From Octopus sinensis (Eukaryota): DNA of 64,000 nucleotides. This document shows, in pieces, positions 1 through 10,706 of the stretch; position 1 is the stretch's first letter; each line of letters starts with the position of its first letter. Location: the NCBI RefSeq assembly GCF_006345805.1, contig NC_043012.1, forward strand, positions 1,984,001 to 2,048,000, written 5' to 3'. A program made the position numbers and the translations under genes. Under the pieces are notes generated by a model that saw nothing but the letters and a program-made list of their open reading frames with translations, did no database searches and was not told where the DNA came from.

Positions 1-2862
1 ATTCAAGACAGGTTGCCCCTGGGAGCTCCTCTATGCTGATGACCTTGCTCTAATTGCTGAGTCACTATCAGAACTGGAGGAGAAGTTCAGGTGTGGAAAC
101 AAGGATTAGAATCGAAGGGCCTTAGAATCAACCTAGCCAAAACCAAAGTTCTAATAAGTAGGAAGGTAGATCAATCACAAACGCCTTCAGGTAGATGGCC
201 CTGCTCGATCTGTAAAAAAGGTGTAGGTAGAAACTCTATAAGATGCACCAAGTGTAAGCTATGGACACATAAGAGGTGCAGCAATGTCAAAGGAAGGCTA
301 ACTAGGAAAATAGTTTTTGTCTGTGGCAAATGCTCAGGAGCAATAAACACTGGAAATATGCAGAGACCAACTTCTGCCACGTTCCAGGGAGACAAACTAG
401 AAGTAGTTGATAGCTTCCGCTACCTAGGAGACCAAGTCAGTAGCGGGGGTGGGTGTGCTGAAAGTGTAACTGCTAGAGTAAGAATAGCCTGGGCAAAGTT
501 TAGAGAGCTCTTACCCCTGCTGGTGACAAAAGGCCTCTCGCTCAGAGTAAAAGGCAGACTGTATGATGCATGTGTACGTACAGCCATGCTACATGGTAGT
601 GAAACATGGGCCGTGACTGCTGAGGATATGCGTAAGCTCGCAAGAATGAAGCCAGTATGCTCCGATGGATGTGTAATGTCAGTGTTCATAATCGTCAGAG
701 TGTAAGTTCCTTGAGAGAAAAGCTGAACCTAAGAAGCGTCAGTTGTGGCGTGCAAGAGAGACGGCTGCGCTGGTATGGTCATGTGACAAGAAAGGCTGAA
801 GATAGTTGTGTGCAAAAGTGCTACACCCTAGCAGTGGAGGGAACTGTGGAAGAGGTAGACCCAGGAAAACCTGGGACGAGGTGGTGAAGCACGACCTTCG
901 AACTTAGGTCTCACTAAGGAAATGTCTAGAGACCGAGACCTATGGAAGTATGCTGTGCATGAGAAGACCCGGCAAGACTAGTCAGGCCATAACCCGTGGC
1001 CCCGACCTGGGACGTAGTCAGTCCTGTGCATACCTTCCTTCTTGTGACACTTATGAAGACCTGTTGAGGCAAGTGAAAATCAAATCAAATCAAAACAAAT
1101 CAAAATAGATGAACATCAGTGGAATTGTATTCTTTGTGGTACCAGTGCCGGTGGCACACAAGAAAACCACCCAAACGTGGCCGTAACCAGTACCGCATCG
1201 ACTGGCCTCCGTGCTGTGGGCACAACAAACACCATCCGATCGTGGCCGTTCGCCAGCCTCATCTGGCACCTGTGCCGGTGACACATAAAGACACCATCCG
1301 AAGACCCGGCGACGTAGTCAGTCCACCTGTGCATACCTTCCCTCTTATGACACTTGTGAAGACCTGTTGAGGCAAGTGTGTGACACTTGTGAAGACCTGT
1401 TGAGGCAAGTGAAAATCAAAAATCAAAAATCAAACCAAATCAAAATAGATGAATATCAATGGAATTTGTATCTTTGTGGTTCCAGTCCCGGTGGCACACA
1501 AGAAAACCATCCGAAGTGGCCGTAGCTGGTACCGCATCGACTGGCCTCCGTGCTGTGGGCACAACAAACACCATCTGATCGTGGCCGTTCGCCAGCCTCA
1601 CCTGGCACCTGTGTCGGTGGCACATAAAAAACACCATCCAAAGACCCGGCGACGTAGTCAGTCCACCTGTGCATACCTTCCCTCTTATGACACTTGTGAA
1701 GACCTGTTGAGGCAGAGGCAAGTGTGTGACACTTGTGAAGACCTGTTGAGGCAGAGGCAAGTGTGTGACACTTGTGGAGACCTGTTGAGGCAAGTGTGTG
1801 ACACGCGTGACACTTGTGAAGACCTGTTGAGGCAAGTGAAAATCAAAAATCAAACCAAATCAAAATAGATGAACATCAATGGAATTTGTATCTTTGTGGT
1901 TCCAGTACCGGTGGCACACAAGGACACGCGTGACACTTGTGAAGACCTGTTGAGGCAAGTGAAAATCAAACCAAATCAAAATAGATGAACATCAATGGAA
2001 TTTGTATCTTTGTGGTTCCAGTACCGGTGGCACACAAGAAAACCATCCGATCGTGGCCGTTCGCCAGCCACATCTGGCACCTGTGTCGGTGGCACATAAA
2101 GACACCATCCGAAGACCCGGCGACGTAGACAGTCCACCTGTGCATACCTTCCTTCTTGTGACACTTGTGAAGACCTGTTGAGGCAAGTGACACTTGTGAA
2201 GACCTGTTGAGGCAAGTGAAGACCTGTTGAGGCAAGTGACACTTGTGAAGACCTGTTGAGGCAAGTGAAAATCAAATCAAATCAAAACAAATCAAAATAG
2301 ATGAGCATAAATGGAATTTGTATCTTTGTGGTACCAGTGCCGGTGGCACACAAGAAAATCATCCGAACGTGGCCGTAGCCAGTACCGCATAGACTGGCCT
2401 CCGTGCTTTGGGGACGTAACAAACACCATCCGATCGTGGCCGTCCGCCAGCCTCATCTGGCACCTGTGTCGGTGGCACATAAAAACACCATCCGAGCGTG
2501 GCCGTCTGCCAGCCTCGTCTGGCACCTGCCAGCCTCATCTGGCACCTGTGTCGGTGGCACATAAAAACACCATCCGAGCGTGGCCGTCTGCCAGCCTCGT
2601 CTGGCACCTGTGTCGGTGGCACATAAAAACACCATCCGAGCGTGGCCGTTCGCCAGCCTCGTCTGGCACCTGTGTCGGTGGCACATAAAATCACCCACTA
2701 CACTCTCGGAGTGGTTGGCGTTAGGAAGGGCATCCAGCTGTAGAAACACTGCCAGATCTGACTGGCCTGGTGCAGCCTTCGGGCTCCCCAGACCCCAGTT
2801 GAACCGTCCAACCCATGCTAGCATGGAAAACGGACGCTAAATGATGATGATGATGATGATGA
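1..2862 (+). mobile_element. RTE-clade LINE, 3' half (RT C-terminus + expanded 3'UTR + (GAT)n tail), in the last intron of the SDR gene
   Basis: Frame 2 from nt 2 reads FKTGCPWELLYADDLALIAES (YADD at 32-43). It continues GLRINLAKTKVL...LEVVDSFRYLG...GRLYDACVRTAMLHGSETW...RRLRWYGHV...GRGRPRKTWDEVV...DRDLW to a TAG at 979-981, across four 1-nt frameshifts (~88, ~645, ~845, ~901). Ends in the CCATGCTAGCATGG palindrome + (GAT)n at ~2862. Confidence 0.92.
1011..2690 (+). repeat. Nested tandem expansion inside the RTE 3'UTR (300-470 bp units, 29-bp and ~60-bp subunits)
   Basis: GACGTAG(T/A)CA recurs at 1011, 1311, 1651 and 2122. About a dozen copies of GACACTTGTGAAGACCTGTTGAGGCAAGT. ~60-bp CACCATCCGA..GCCAG..CTGGCACCTGTG(C/T)CGGTGGCACATAAAAA units at 2425-2690. 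Confidence 0.95.
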
Positions 2863-3499
2863 TTTATATACACACACACAGACAGAGTGGCCCCAAAAGT
2901 AGGTTTACAGTTATTCAACTATCTCTTTTGCATCCATATATTAACAGTTTAGATCTTAATTATAAAAGAATATGAAACCATTATTCTATGGTAATTTAGT
3001 TAATTGTAAGATAGAAATTTAAATGTAATAAAATGTTTTAAAAGTAATTTAAAGTGCCTACGTGATAACTGTAAACCTACTTTTGGGCCACCCTGTATAT
3101 ACACATGCACACACCAGATTATTTTTGGTCTCCACCACCAAATTCACTCACAAAGCTTTGGTCAGCCTAAATAGAAGACATTTCCTTAAGGTGCCACACA
3201 GTTGTCTTCTACTATAGTCCTGCTTGGCACAATGGTTAGTCGTATAGAAGATTGTCAAATACTGACCACATGTGTTGATATAATACTTAATGGTACAAAA
3301 TACATTAACATACTGACTACATATGCAGAGAGAAATTGTTGTATTCATTGAATTTTGTGTGAAATCTGTAATATAATTGAAACTAAGCTTCACATCAAAC
3401 AAGGCCCTACATGGTTGCTTATTTAAGTTGTGTCATTTTAGTGCTTTATTTTACAGAAATTTAATATATACATTGAATACCATCTGAGTGTGATCCTTA

Positions 3500-3895
3500 C
3501 CAGAGCAGCTAACTGGCTTCTGTGCCAGTGGCACGTAAAAAGCACCGTTTGAGTGTGATCGTTACCCAGTGTCGCCTTACTGGCACGTGAAAAAAACATT
3601 CGAGCGAGGTCGTTGCCAGTGCCGCTGGACTGGCTCCTGTGCAGGTGGCATGTAAAAAACACCATTTGAGCGTGACCGTTGCCAGTACCGCCTGACTGGC
3701 CCTCGTGCCGGTGGCACATAAAAGCACCCACTACACTCTCAGAGTGGTTGGCATTAGGAAGGACATCCAGCTCTAGAAACTCTGCCAGATCAGATTGGAG
3801 CCTGGTGCAACCATCTGGTTCGCCAGTCCTCGGTCAAATCGTCCAACCTATGCTAGCATGGAAAGCGGACATTAAATGATGATGATGATGATGAT
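3500..3895 (+). mobile_element. 5'-truncated RTE 3'UTR copy
   Basis: Hairpin units + GGCATTAGGAAGGACATCCAGC + ATGCTAGCATGG + (GAT)n, homologous to 2430-2862. Confidence 0.85.
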
Positions 3896-4086
3896 TGAGG
3901 TGACAAATTTAAAATATTGTTTAGCTATTTTCAGTATTGACCACATAGCTATGTGTGTGTTTTGGCCACATAACTGAGTGTCAGTCCTGTAACTGCATGT
4001 TTGTGTGCATATTGGTCTTTTAGCTTTGTATGTTGGTCATGTATTTCATACATCGGTCACCATTTCCATAATAATTCTCTTTTCAG

Positions 4087-4245
4087 TTTCTGGAGAAATC
4101 GAGAGGAACCCATGCTCTTGGACGTGCCGGACAAGTTGATGAAGTCTCTAGGGCAATTGCCTTCTTAGCCTCTGATGCCAGTTCTTTCATTACTGGAGCC
4201 TTGCTTCCTGTTGATGGTGGAAGACATGCCATGTGTCCACGATAG
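4087..4245 (+). CDS. Terminal coding exon of a classical short-chain dehydrogenase/reductase (FabG-like SDR)
   Basis: Polypyrimidine acceptor ttctcttttcag at 4075-4086, then FLEKSRGTHALGRAGQVDEVSRAIAFLASDASSFITGALLPVDGGRHAMCPR*. LGR.G...EV..AI.FLAS..SSFITG..L.VDGG is the canonical SDR C-terminus. Missing from the ORF track (<60 aa). Upstream exons lie outside the window. Confidence 0.93.
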   Translation, partial: FLEKSRGTHALGRAGQVDEVSRAIAFLASDASSFITGALLPVDGGRHAMCPR

Positions 4246-4315
4246 AAACAGCAGAACAAGACTTGACTTTTGTTTTTTTACTTGCTTCTATTTTTTTTAA
4301 CCAAGATATTTTAGA

Positions 4316-4321
4316 AATAAA
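4316..4321 (+). promoter_or_regulatory. Probable polyadenylation signal of the SDR gene
   Basis: AATAAA 71 nt after the stop, followed by GT/T-rich sequence (ttggttgtgtc). Confidence 0.55.
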
Positions 4322-4711
4322 CAAAAATTGGTTGTGTCTATTTTTCCTTTTTGTTTCTCCTTTTTTTCTTTTTCTGTTGACATATCTATGTTAGCATGTC
4401 TTTGGTTAATTGGTCAAGCACTAAAGATGCATGCATGGAAGATGGACGTTAAACGATGATGATTATATATGTCTGTGCATGTGTGTCGTGTTTATCTCTT
4501 GCCACTGCTTGACAACTAATATCAGTTTGTTTACAGCCCTTGTAACATAGGGGTTCAGCAAATGAGGCTAATAGAATAATTACCAGGCTTTAAAACATAA
4601 GTAGGGTTCATTTGCTTGACTAAGACCTAACAAGGTGGTGCTCCAGTTTGGTCACAGTTACGCGACTGAAACAAGTGAAACATATATATATATATATATG
4701 AATATATAAAT

Positions 4712-5236
4712 ATCCAAGCAGTACAGCGACGTGCAACCAAGAGAATACCCTCCATCAGGCATTTGCCATATTCTGAATGCCTTACTTCCCTGGGCATGGA
4801 TACATTGAAACTCCGACATCTGGCAACTGACTTGACAGACACCCATAAAATTATTAACCATCTTACAAACAATAACTCTGAGCACCTTTTCAAACTCCAT
4901 CTGTCTAATACCCATGGACATGTTTACAAAGTCAGAAAACAGCACAGCTCCCATGACTTTCGAAAACATTTTTCCACGCTAAGAGTTGCTGAAGCATGGA
5001 GCAAACTGCCGACATCAGTTGTTAATTGTCGGAGCACTGCATCCTTCAAAACTTCCATGCTCCTGAGATTCACCAACACTACACCTGATTTTCTCCCCTC
5101 CGTACACACAAGCATGTATCTGACTCATACACTGTTCACTTCCCAGACATTTGTACATTACTGCATATTGCTTTATACATACTTTTGACAAGTTGTGGTG
5201 CACCTGAGCACTGTATACAATAATTTCATTATTATT
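4712..5236 (+). mobile_element. CR1-clade LINE 3' fragment
   Basis: Open frame IQAVQRRATKRIPSIRHLPYSECLTSLGMDTLKLRHL...HGHVYKV...RKHFSTLRVAEAWSKLP..VV...TASFK, typical of the CR1 ORF2 C-terminus. Ends in an (ATT)n tail. The same 3'UTR recurs at ~40815-40968. Confidence 0.85.
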
Positions 5237-5237
5237 A

Positions 5238-5596
5238 GATGCAGAAGAGGCTGTATGGTAAGTAGCTTGCTTACCGACTACATGGTTCTAGGTTCAGTCC
5301 CACTGTGTGGCACCTTTGCCAAGTGTCTTCTATTATAGCTTTGGGCTGACCAAAGCCTTGAGAGTGGATTCAGTAGGCAGAAACTGAAAGAAGCCCATCA
5401 TATATATATGTATATATGTGTGTGTGTCTGTGTTTGTCCCACCACCATCGCTTGACAACCAATGCTGGTGTGTTTACATCCCTGCAACTTCGCAGTTTGG
5501 CAAAAGAGACTGATAGAATAAGTACTAGGCTTGTAAATGACTCAAACAAGTAAAAGAGTAAGGCTTGTAAATGACTCAAACAAGTAAAAGAGTAAG
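5238..5596 (+). mobile_element. SINE family A copy (deleted, with a duplicated 34-nt tail)
   Basis: Homologous to 13958-14366. AGGCTTGTAAATGACTCAAACAAGTAAAAGAGTA occurs twice in tandem. Confidence 0.85.
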
Positions 5597-5617
5597 GAAT
5601 ATATATATATATATATC

Positions 5618-5823
5618 AGAAGAAATGAGGTACTCAGAAATCTGGATGGTTTTACATGTACAGATTTGTATTAATATGTCACATGTTTTTATAAATTATA
5701 TATTCCGAAGAATCCACTAGAGTGGACGCAAGTGCTAATATACAATTTATAAAAACATGTGACATATTTATAAAAATCTGTAAATATAAAACCATCCAGA
5801 TTTCTGAGTACCTTATTTCTTCT
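5618..5823. repeat. Long inverted repeat / fold-back element (80-bp arms, 46-nt spacer)
   Basis: 5618-5697 matches the reverse complement of 5744-5823 at 75/80 positions. Flanked by (TA)n. Confidence 0.95.
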
Positions 5824-5881
5824 AATATATAATACCTGTACATCACCTCCAAACCTTCTAATATACACATACGTATATATA

Positions 5882-5913
<32 letters not shown>

Positions 5914-6201
5914 TAAATTCAAACTACAATAAATGTAGACAAAGTTTGCTTATAGAAGTGCTGGGATCTATTGAAAGATACAGATATGGAAATAGTTTAT
6001 CCTCAAATGCAGAACAATGCTGAGAGAGAATTTGATCCTCATCTGAAGAGCAGTAAAATAATTCAGAATCCACAGATAAACAAAACAAACAAACAAAAAA
6101 AAGAATGCTGACAGTAATAATAAAGTTGATGACAAATGATAATTATAATACTAATGGTGGAGACAATGACTGAAACTTAAGCTAAAAAACAGCACAATGT
6201 A

Positions 6202-6767
6202 TTGGGTTGTCCGGAAAGTTCATGCCAATTTTTAAAGGTAAGAAAAAGGTCAATAAATACTTGCCATTACATTTTTAATCAACCAAATATGAACCATTTT
6301 GTTATACAATGCGTCTCCATCTTTCCTTTAACTTGAAAATACCCTCTTCCAAGAATTGAGGTGGTTTCAAGGCAAAGAATTCATCAAGGTATCTTTTTAC
6401 GCCATCCAAGGAATTGGAATTTTTACCATTAAGACTATTCTGCAGAGACCTGAATAAGTGGAAATCCGAAGGAGCAATATCTGGTGAATATGGAGGGTAG
6501 AGTAACACATCCCAGTCGAGCTGCAGGAATTTTTGTCTGGTTCCCAAAGCATCAAGTGCTGAAAATGAACTTTCTTATCTTCCATTTTAAAGGGTTACAG
6601 AATTAACACAGGTTATAGGAACATAAACCTTCTTCCATGAAAAGATAGCTTAAACTGTGCTCTAAGTAGAGGTGTAGTCAAATCCTATTTTATGGACTCA
6701 ACCATGTTCTAAAATAAGTCAAAAAGTAAGCTACTATAAATCGGTACGAACTTTCTAGACAACCCAA
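6202..6767 (-). mobile_element. Mariner internally deleted derivative (566 bp)
   Basis: TIRs TTGGGTTGTC(CG/TA)GAAAGTTC..., with TA on both sides (6200-6201, 6768-6769). Transposase start MEDKKVHFQHLMLW is fused out of frame to the C-terminus ...WDVLLYPPYSPDIAPSDFHLFRSLQNSL...GIFKLKERW, which carries the YSPDxAPSD third catalytic D. Confidence 0.93.
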
Positions 6768-7159
6768 TAAAAATTAAGGAAAAAAAAAAAATAATGAAGA
6801 CAAAGATTATTCAGTTTGGTTTGTAGAAGAGTTTATTAATACCACTGAAATAAAGTGGTTCAGTACTTAAGTGGTTTGGTTGAGTGTTCTACCACAGTTA
6901 ATAGAATACGGTACATTATCAAGATACAATGGTGAATTAACAGGATTGCAATTATTATGATACATAATACAGCACAGGTGTGTATTTGGGCAGCAGAAAA
7001 TGCATCAAGGTTACATGTGTGTATGTTTGTATGTGTGTGTGTGTGTATATGTCTATATATATATATATATATACACATAACTATATATTCACATACATAT
7101 ATAAAAATATGTACATGGGTATACATTATATATATACACCATATCTATAATCATATATT

Positions 7160-7190
<31 letters not shown>

Positions 7191-7322
7191 ATGCACACAC
7201 ACACACACAAGGTGATTTCAGAAATCCCTTTAGCATTTAAAATGGTATATATAAAATTATAATTTTAACATGTTTTCAATATATGATCTTTGCTATGTTA
7301 TTGTGAATATTAGTTGGTATAT

Positions 7323-7482
7323 ATAGGAGTGGCTGTGTGGTAAGTAGCTTGCTTACCAACCACATGGTTCTGGGTTCAGTCCCACTGTATGGCACCTTGG
7401 GCAAGTGTCTTCTACTATAGCCTCGGGCCAACCAAAGCCTTGTAAGTGGATTTGGTAGATGGAAACTGAAAGAATCCCATCG

Positions 7483-7517
<35 letters not shown>

Positions 7518-7710
7518 GTATGTGTGTATGTATATGTCTGTGTGTCTGTGTTTGTCCCCACAACATCACTTGACAACTGGTGCTGGTGTGTTTATGTCCC
7601 CGATAGACTAAGTACTAGGCTTACAAAGAATAAGTCCTGGGGTCGATTTGCTCGACTAAAGATGGTGCTCCAGAATGGGCTCAGTCAAATGACTGAAACA
7701 AGTAAAAGAG
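7323..7710 (+). mobile_element. SINE family A copy
   Basis: GGAGTGGCTGTGTGGTAAG A-box head, GGTTCAGTCCC B-box and GAAACAAGTAAAAGAG tail. Confidence 0.88.
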
Positions 7711-7720
7711 TATATATATT

Positions 7721-7752
<32 letters not shown>

Positions 7753-7754
7753 AC

Positions 7755-7994
7755 TGTTTAATAAACACAGTATATATTTTTATGAGCTACTAATAATAGT
7801 TTCATGTGATGAAAACAACACAGCATTTTATAACATGTCTGGTGCCTTCATGCAATCTTCAGGCTATGCTCACATGGCATATACAACAACCATAGCCTGA
7901 AGATTGCATGAAAGCACCAAATGTGTCAGAAAATGTCCTCTGCGTTGTATAAAAGTATGTGGCTCATAAAACTATATGCTGTATTCATTAAACA
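7755..7994. repeat. Fold-back element with a near-perfect 29-bp inner stem
   Basis: 7840-7868 matches the reverse complement of 7891-7919 at 28/29 positions, with a 22-nt loop. Outer arms (~7755-7790 vs ~7959-7994) match at about 80%. Confidence 0.9.
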
Positions 7995-8701
7995 ATATTT
8001 ATCTCTCATCAGCTGGAGTACTTTTTTTTGTTGATCTTACCTTTGCAGAACAGTGTACTATATATAACAGTATACTGCAGAGTGGTTGGCGTTAGGAAGG
8101 GCATCCAGCCGTAAAAAGCCTGCCAAAACAGACGCAGTAGCCTAGGGTAGTTTTCTACTTGGCCTGCTCCTCCTCTCAACCATCCTACCCATGCATGCAT
8201 GGAAGATGGATGTTAAACGATGATGATGAAGATATATACATACACACACATCATCATTTAACATCCATTTTCCATTATGTGTACATGTGTGTATTATGTA
8301 TTTTAGAAAGATGTCATTAACAAAAGATGAGAAAATTTTCCATTGTCCTAAAAATGGCAAAACATGAAGAAAAAAAAACCTGTTCAATTGTCCAGGTATA
8401 CCAACTGCACAGAGTGGTCTGGACAGCTGCCAGTAAAAACAGCAGGGCGGTAGACCAAGCTATCCTGGAATCCCTGAGCCATGGCAGTTGGTGTGGATTA
8501 GTGAATTCTGGTGTGTGTGTGTGTGTGTTTGGAGGGAGGGATGAAGGCTATCATGTAGGGGTAGGTGAGAAATGTGGAAGAGAAATAGAAAGAGCGGGAA
8601 ACAAGATGTACATTAAGAAGCTCAAAAGAAAACAACTTGTTGTTAACTGGTTTATATTAATGCTAAAGAAACTTTTCAATCACAGTCTATCTCTTTAAGC
8701 A

Positions 8702-8724
8702 TGTGTACTAATATAAATACATAT

Positions 8725-8766
<42 letters not shown>

Positions 8767-9090
8767 GTACACACAAACATATATATATATATACACACAC
8801 ACACACATATATATGTACACACAAACATATATAACACACACACACATATATATATACACACACACATATGCATAATACATATATACATGCCCAAACACAC
8901 ACACACACATATATACTCTACCCAATGTATTGAGTTCTATATTAGATAATGTTTGCACTATGTAAAATATATTTTTATATATCATTACAACTCTTGCATT
9001 AAGAAATATATATATATATATACATACATATATATATATATTTATTTATGTATGTGTGAATCTATATATATACATACACACATACACATG
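8702..9090. repeat. Compound (CA)n/(TA)n microsatellite
   Basis: Direct reading. It generates the spurious Cys/Val/Tyr/Ile ORFs in the track. Confidence 0.95.
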
Positions 9091-9334
9091 CGTACAAACA
9101 TATCGACATGCCAAAAAATTAGAAAATGCAGCAATGATGTGTTGAAGTATTCTTTTACAGGGTGAGAAGGTGAAACAGGGTCACAAGAAGATTGTTTGTG
9201 TGTAATGGAACAATGAGTGACAAATGAATTCTTTTATTTTTGGGCAAAATCCACACCTCAGACCATTTTTTTTAATTATTATTATTTACTTCAGAGTTGA
9301 TTTTTTTGAATATTTTTTCTTTCTTTCTTTCTTT

Positions 9335-9502
9335 TCATATACAATGGCCCCTTTTTCGTGTACCATAACAGGTGTATGCTTGGTCAGTATATCCATTTGT
9401 ACTTTTCTTTCGGCTGTATGGGTATTGGGGCAGGAATTTCGATAAAAGATTGATGAACTGTTTTTCCAGCAGAACCATGCATCGGTAAACTTCACTGTCG
9501 AC
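9335..9502 (-). CDS. BAZ1B: BAZ1B last coding exon (bromodomain C helix + tail)
   Basis: ttgcag|VDSEVYRCMVLLEKQFINLLSKFLPQYPYSRKK...GHCI*; phase 0; 168 nt. Confidence 0.88.
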   Translation of the reverse strand, partial: VDSEVYRCMVLLEKQFINLLSKFLPQYPYSRKKSTNGYTDQAYTCYGTRKRGHCI

Positions 9503-10066
9503 CTGCAACGAGAAAGAGAAAGGTTTTAGAGAGATACTGATTACTATCAATGGAACAAAAAGGATGAGGGGTGGGGTGGGGGAGAAGAGCAGAGGCATGG
9601 TTGAGAGGTTAAGAAGTGAACTTCACAACCCCATGCTTTCAGGTTCAGTACCACAGCATGGCACAATAAGTGTCTTCCACAACAGTCCAGGGTCAAGCAT
9701 TGTCTTGCGAGTGAATCTGGGAGATGAAAACTGCAAGAAACCCATCAGTAAGAACTTTGCTTTCCCAACCACATGGTTCTGGGTTCAATCCTACTGTGTG
9801 GCACCTTGGGTAAGTGTGTGTTCAACTATAGCCTCGGGCCAACTGAAGCCTTGTGAGTGGATATAGTAGACCAAAGGAAGAAGCCAGTCATATATATATG
9901 TGTGTGTAAAAAACAGAGAAACGAAATATGCAACATAAGAACATTCCCTTCATCAGTTGTCCCCTGCTTTATCTACTCCGCATAGGTATGTACATATATG
10001 TATGTATATATGCATATATTTATATATTATTTATATTATATATATATATATCATCATCATCATCAT

Positions 10067-10335
10067 CATTTAACGTCCGTTCTCCATGCTAGCATGGGTT
10101 GGACGGTTCAACCGGGGATCTGGGAAGTTAGAAGGCTGCACCAGGCCCCAGTCTGATCTGGCAATGTTTCTACGGCTGGATGCCCTTCCTAACGCCAACC
10201 CTCCGTGAGTGTAGTGGGTGCTTTTTACGTGCCAAGCGAGGCTGGCAACAGCCACGATCGGATTGGTGCTTTTTACATGCCACCGGCACGGAAGCTAGTC
10301 AAGGCAGTGCTGGCATCGGCCACATTCGGATGGTG
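10067..10335 (-). mobile_element. RTE 3'UTR copy
   Basis: (CAT)n + TTTAACGTCC..CCATGCTAGCATGG..GGATGCCCTTCCTAACGCC + hairpin units. A further degenerate copy follows at 10340-10560. Confidence 0.85.
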
Positions 10336-10706
10336 CTTCATCATTCAACATCTGTTTTCCATGCTGGCATGGGTTGGACGGTTTGACAGGAGCAGGCCAG
10401 TTGAAGAACTGCCCAGGTTCTGTGTTTGTTTTGGCATGGTTTCTACAGCTGGATGCTCTTCCTAATGCCAACCACTTTATTGTGTGTATTGGGTGTTTTT
10501 ATGCAACACCGGCATCAGTATGTTCACATGGCACCTGTACAAGTGCATTTATGTAGCACCAGCACCCACGAGCCCGTAATCATAAGTGTGTGCATGGGTA
10601 CATATATACATGTATGTGTAAATGTCTAGTATGTGTGATATCAACAGATATGGGAGATGAGTAAAGAGGAGGGAGAGAAAAATAGGAAAGAAAGAATGAA
10701 CCTTAC

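Noticed and set aside
1047-2270. CRISPR-like look of 29-bp repeats (GACACTTGTGAAGACCTGTTGAGGCAAGT) with intervening sequence
   Set aside because: The intervening sequences are themselves repeats, spacing is irregular, many copies abut directly, there are no cas genes, and the context is a eukaryotic LINE 3'UTR.
1090-2918. Many 60-140 aa ORFs on both strands in the track
   Set aside because: They are translations of the tandem RTE UTR. The same peptides recur at every dispersed tail copy.
8676-9165. Cys/Val/Tyr/Ile- or His/Thr-rich ORFs (also near 6860-7262, 35994-36700)
   Set aside because: Translations of (TA)n/(CA)n microsatellites.
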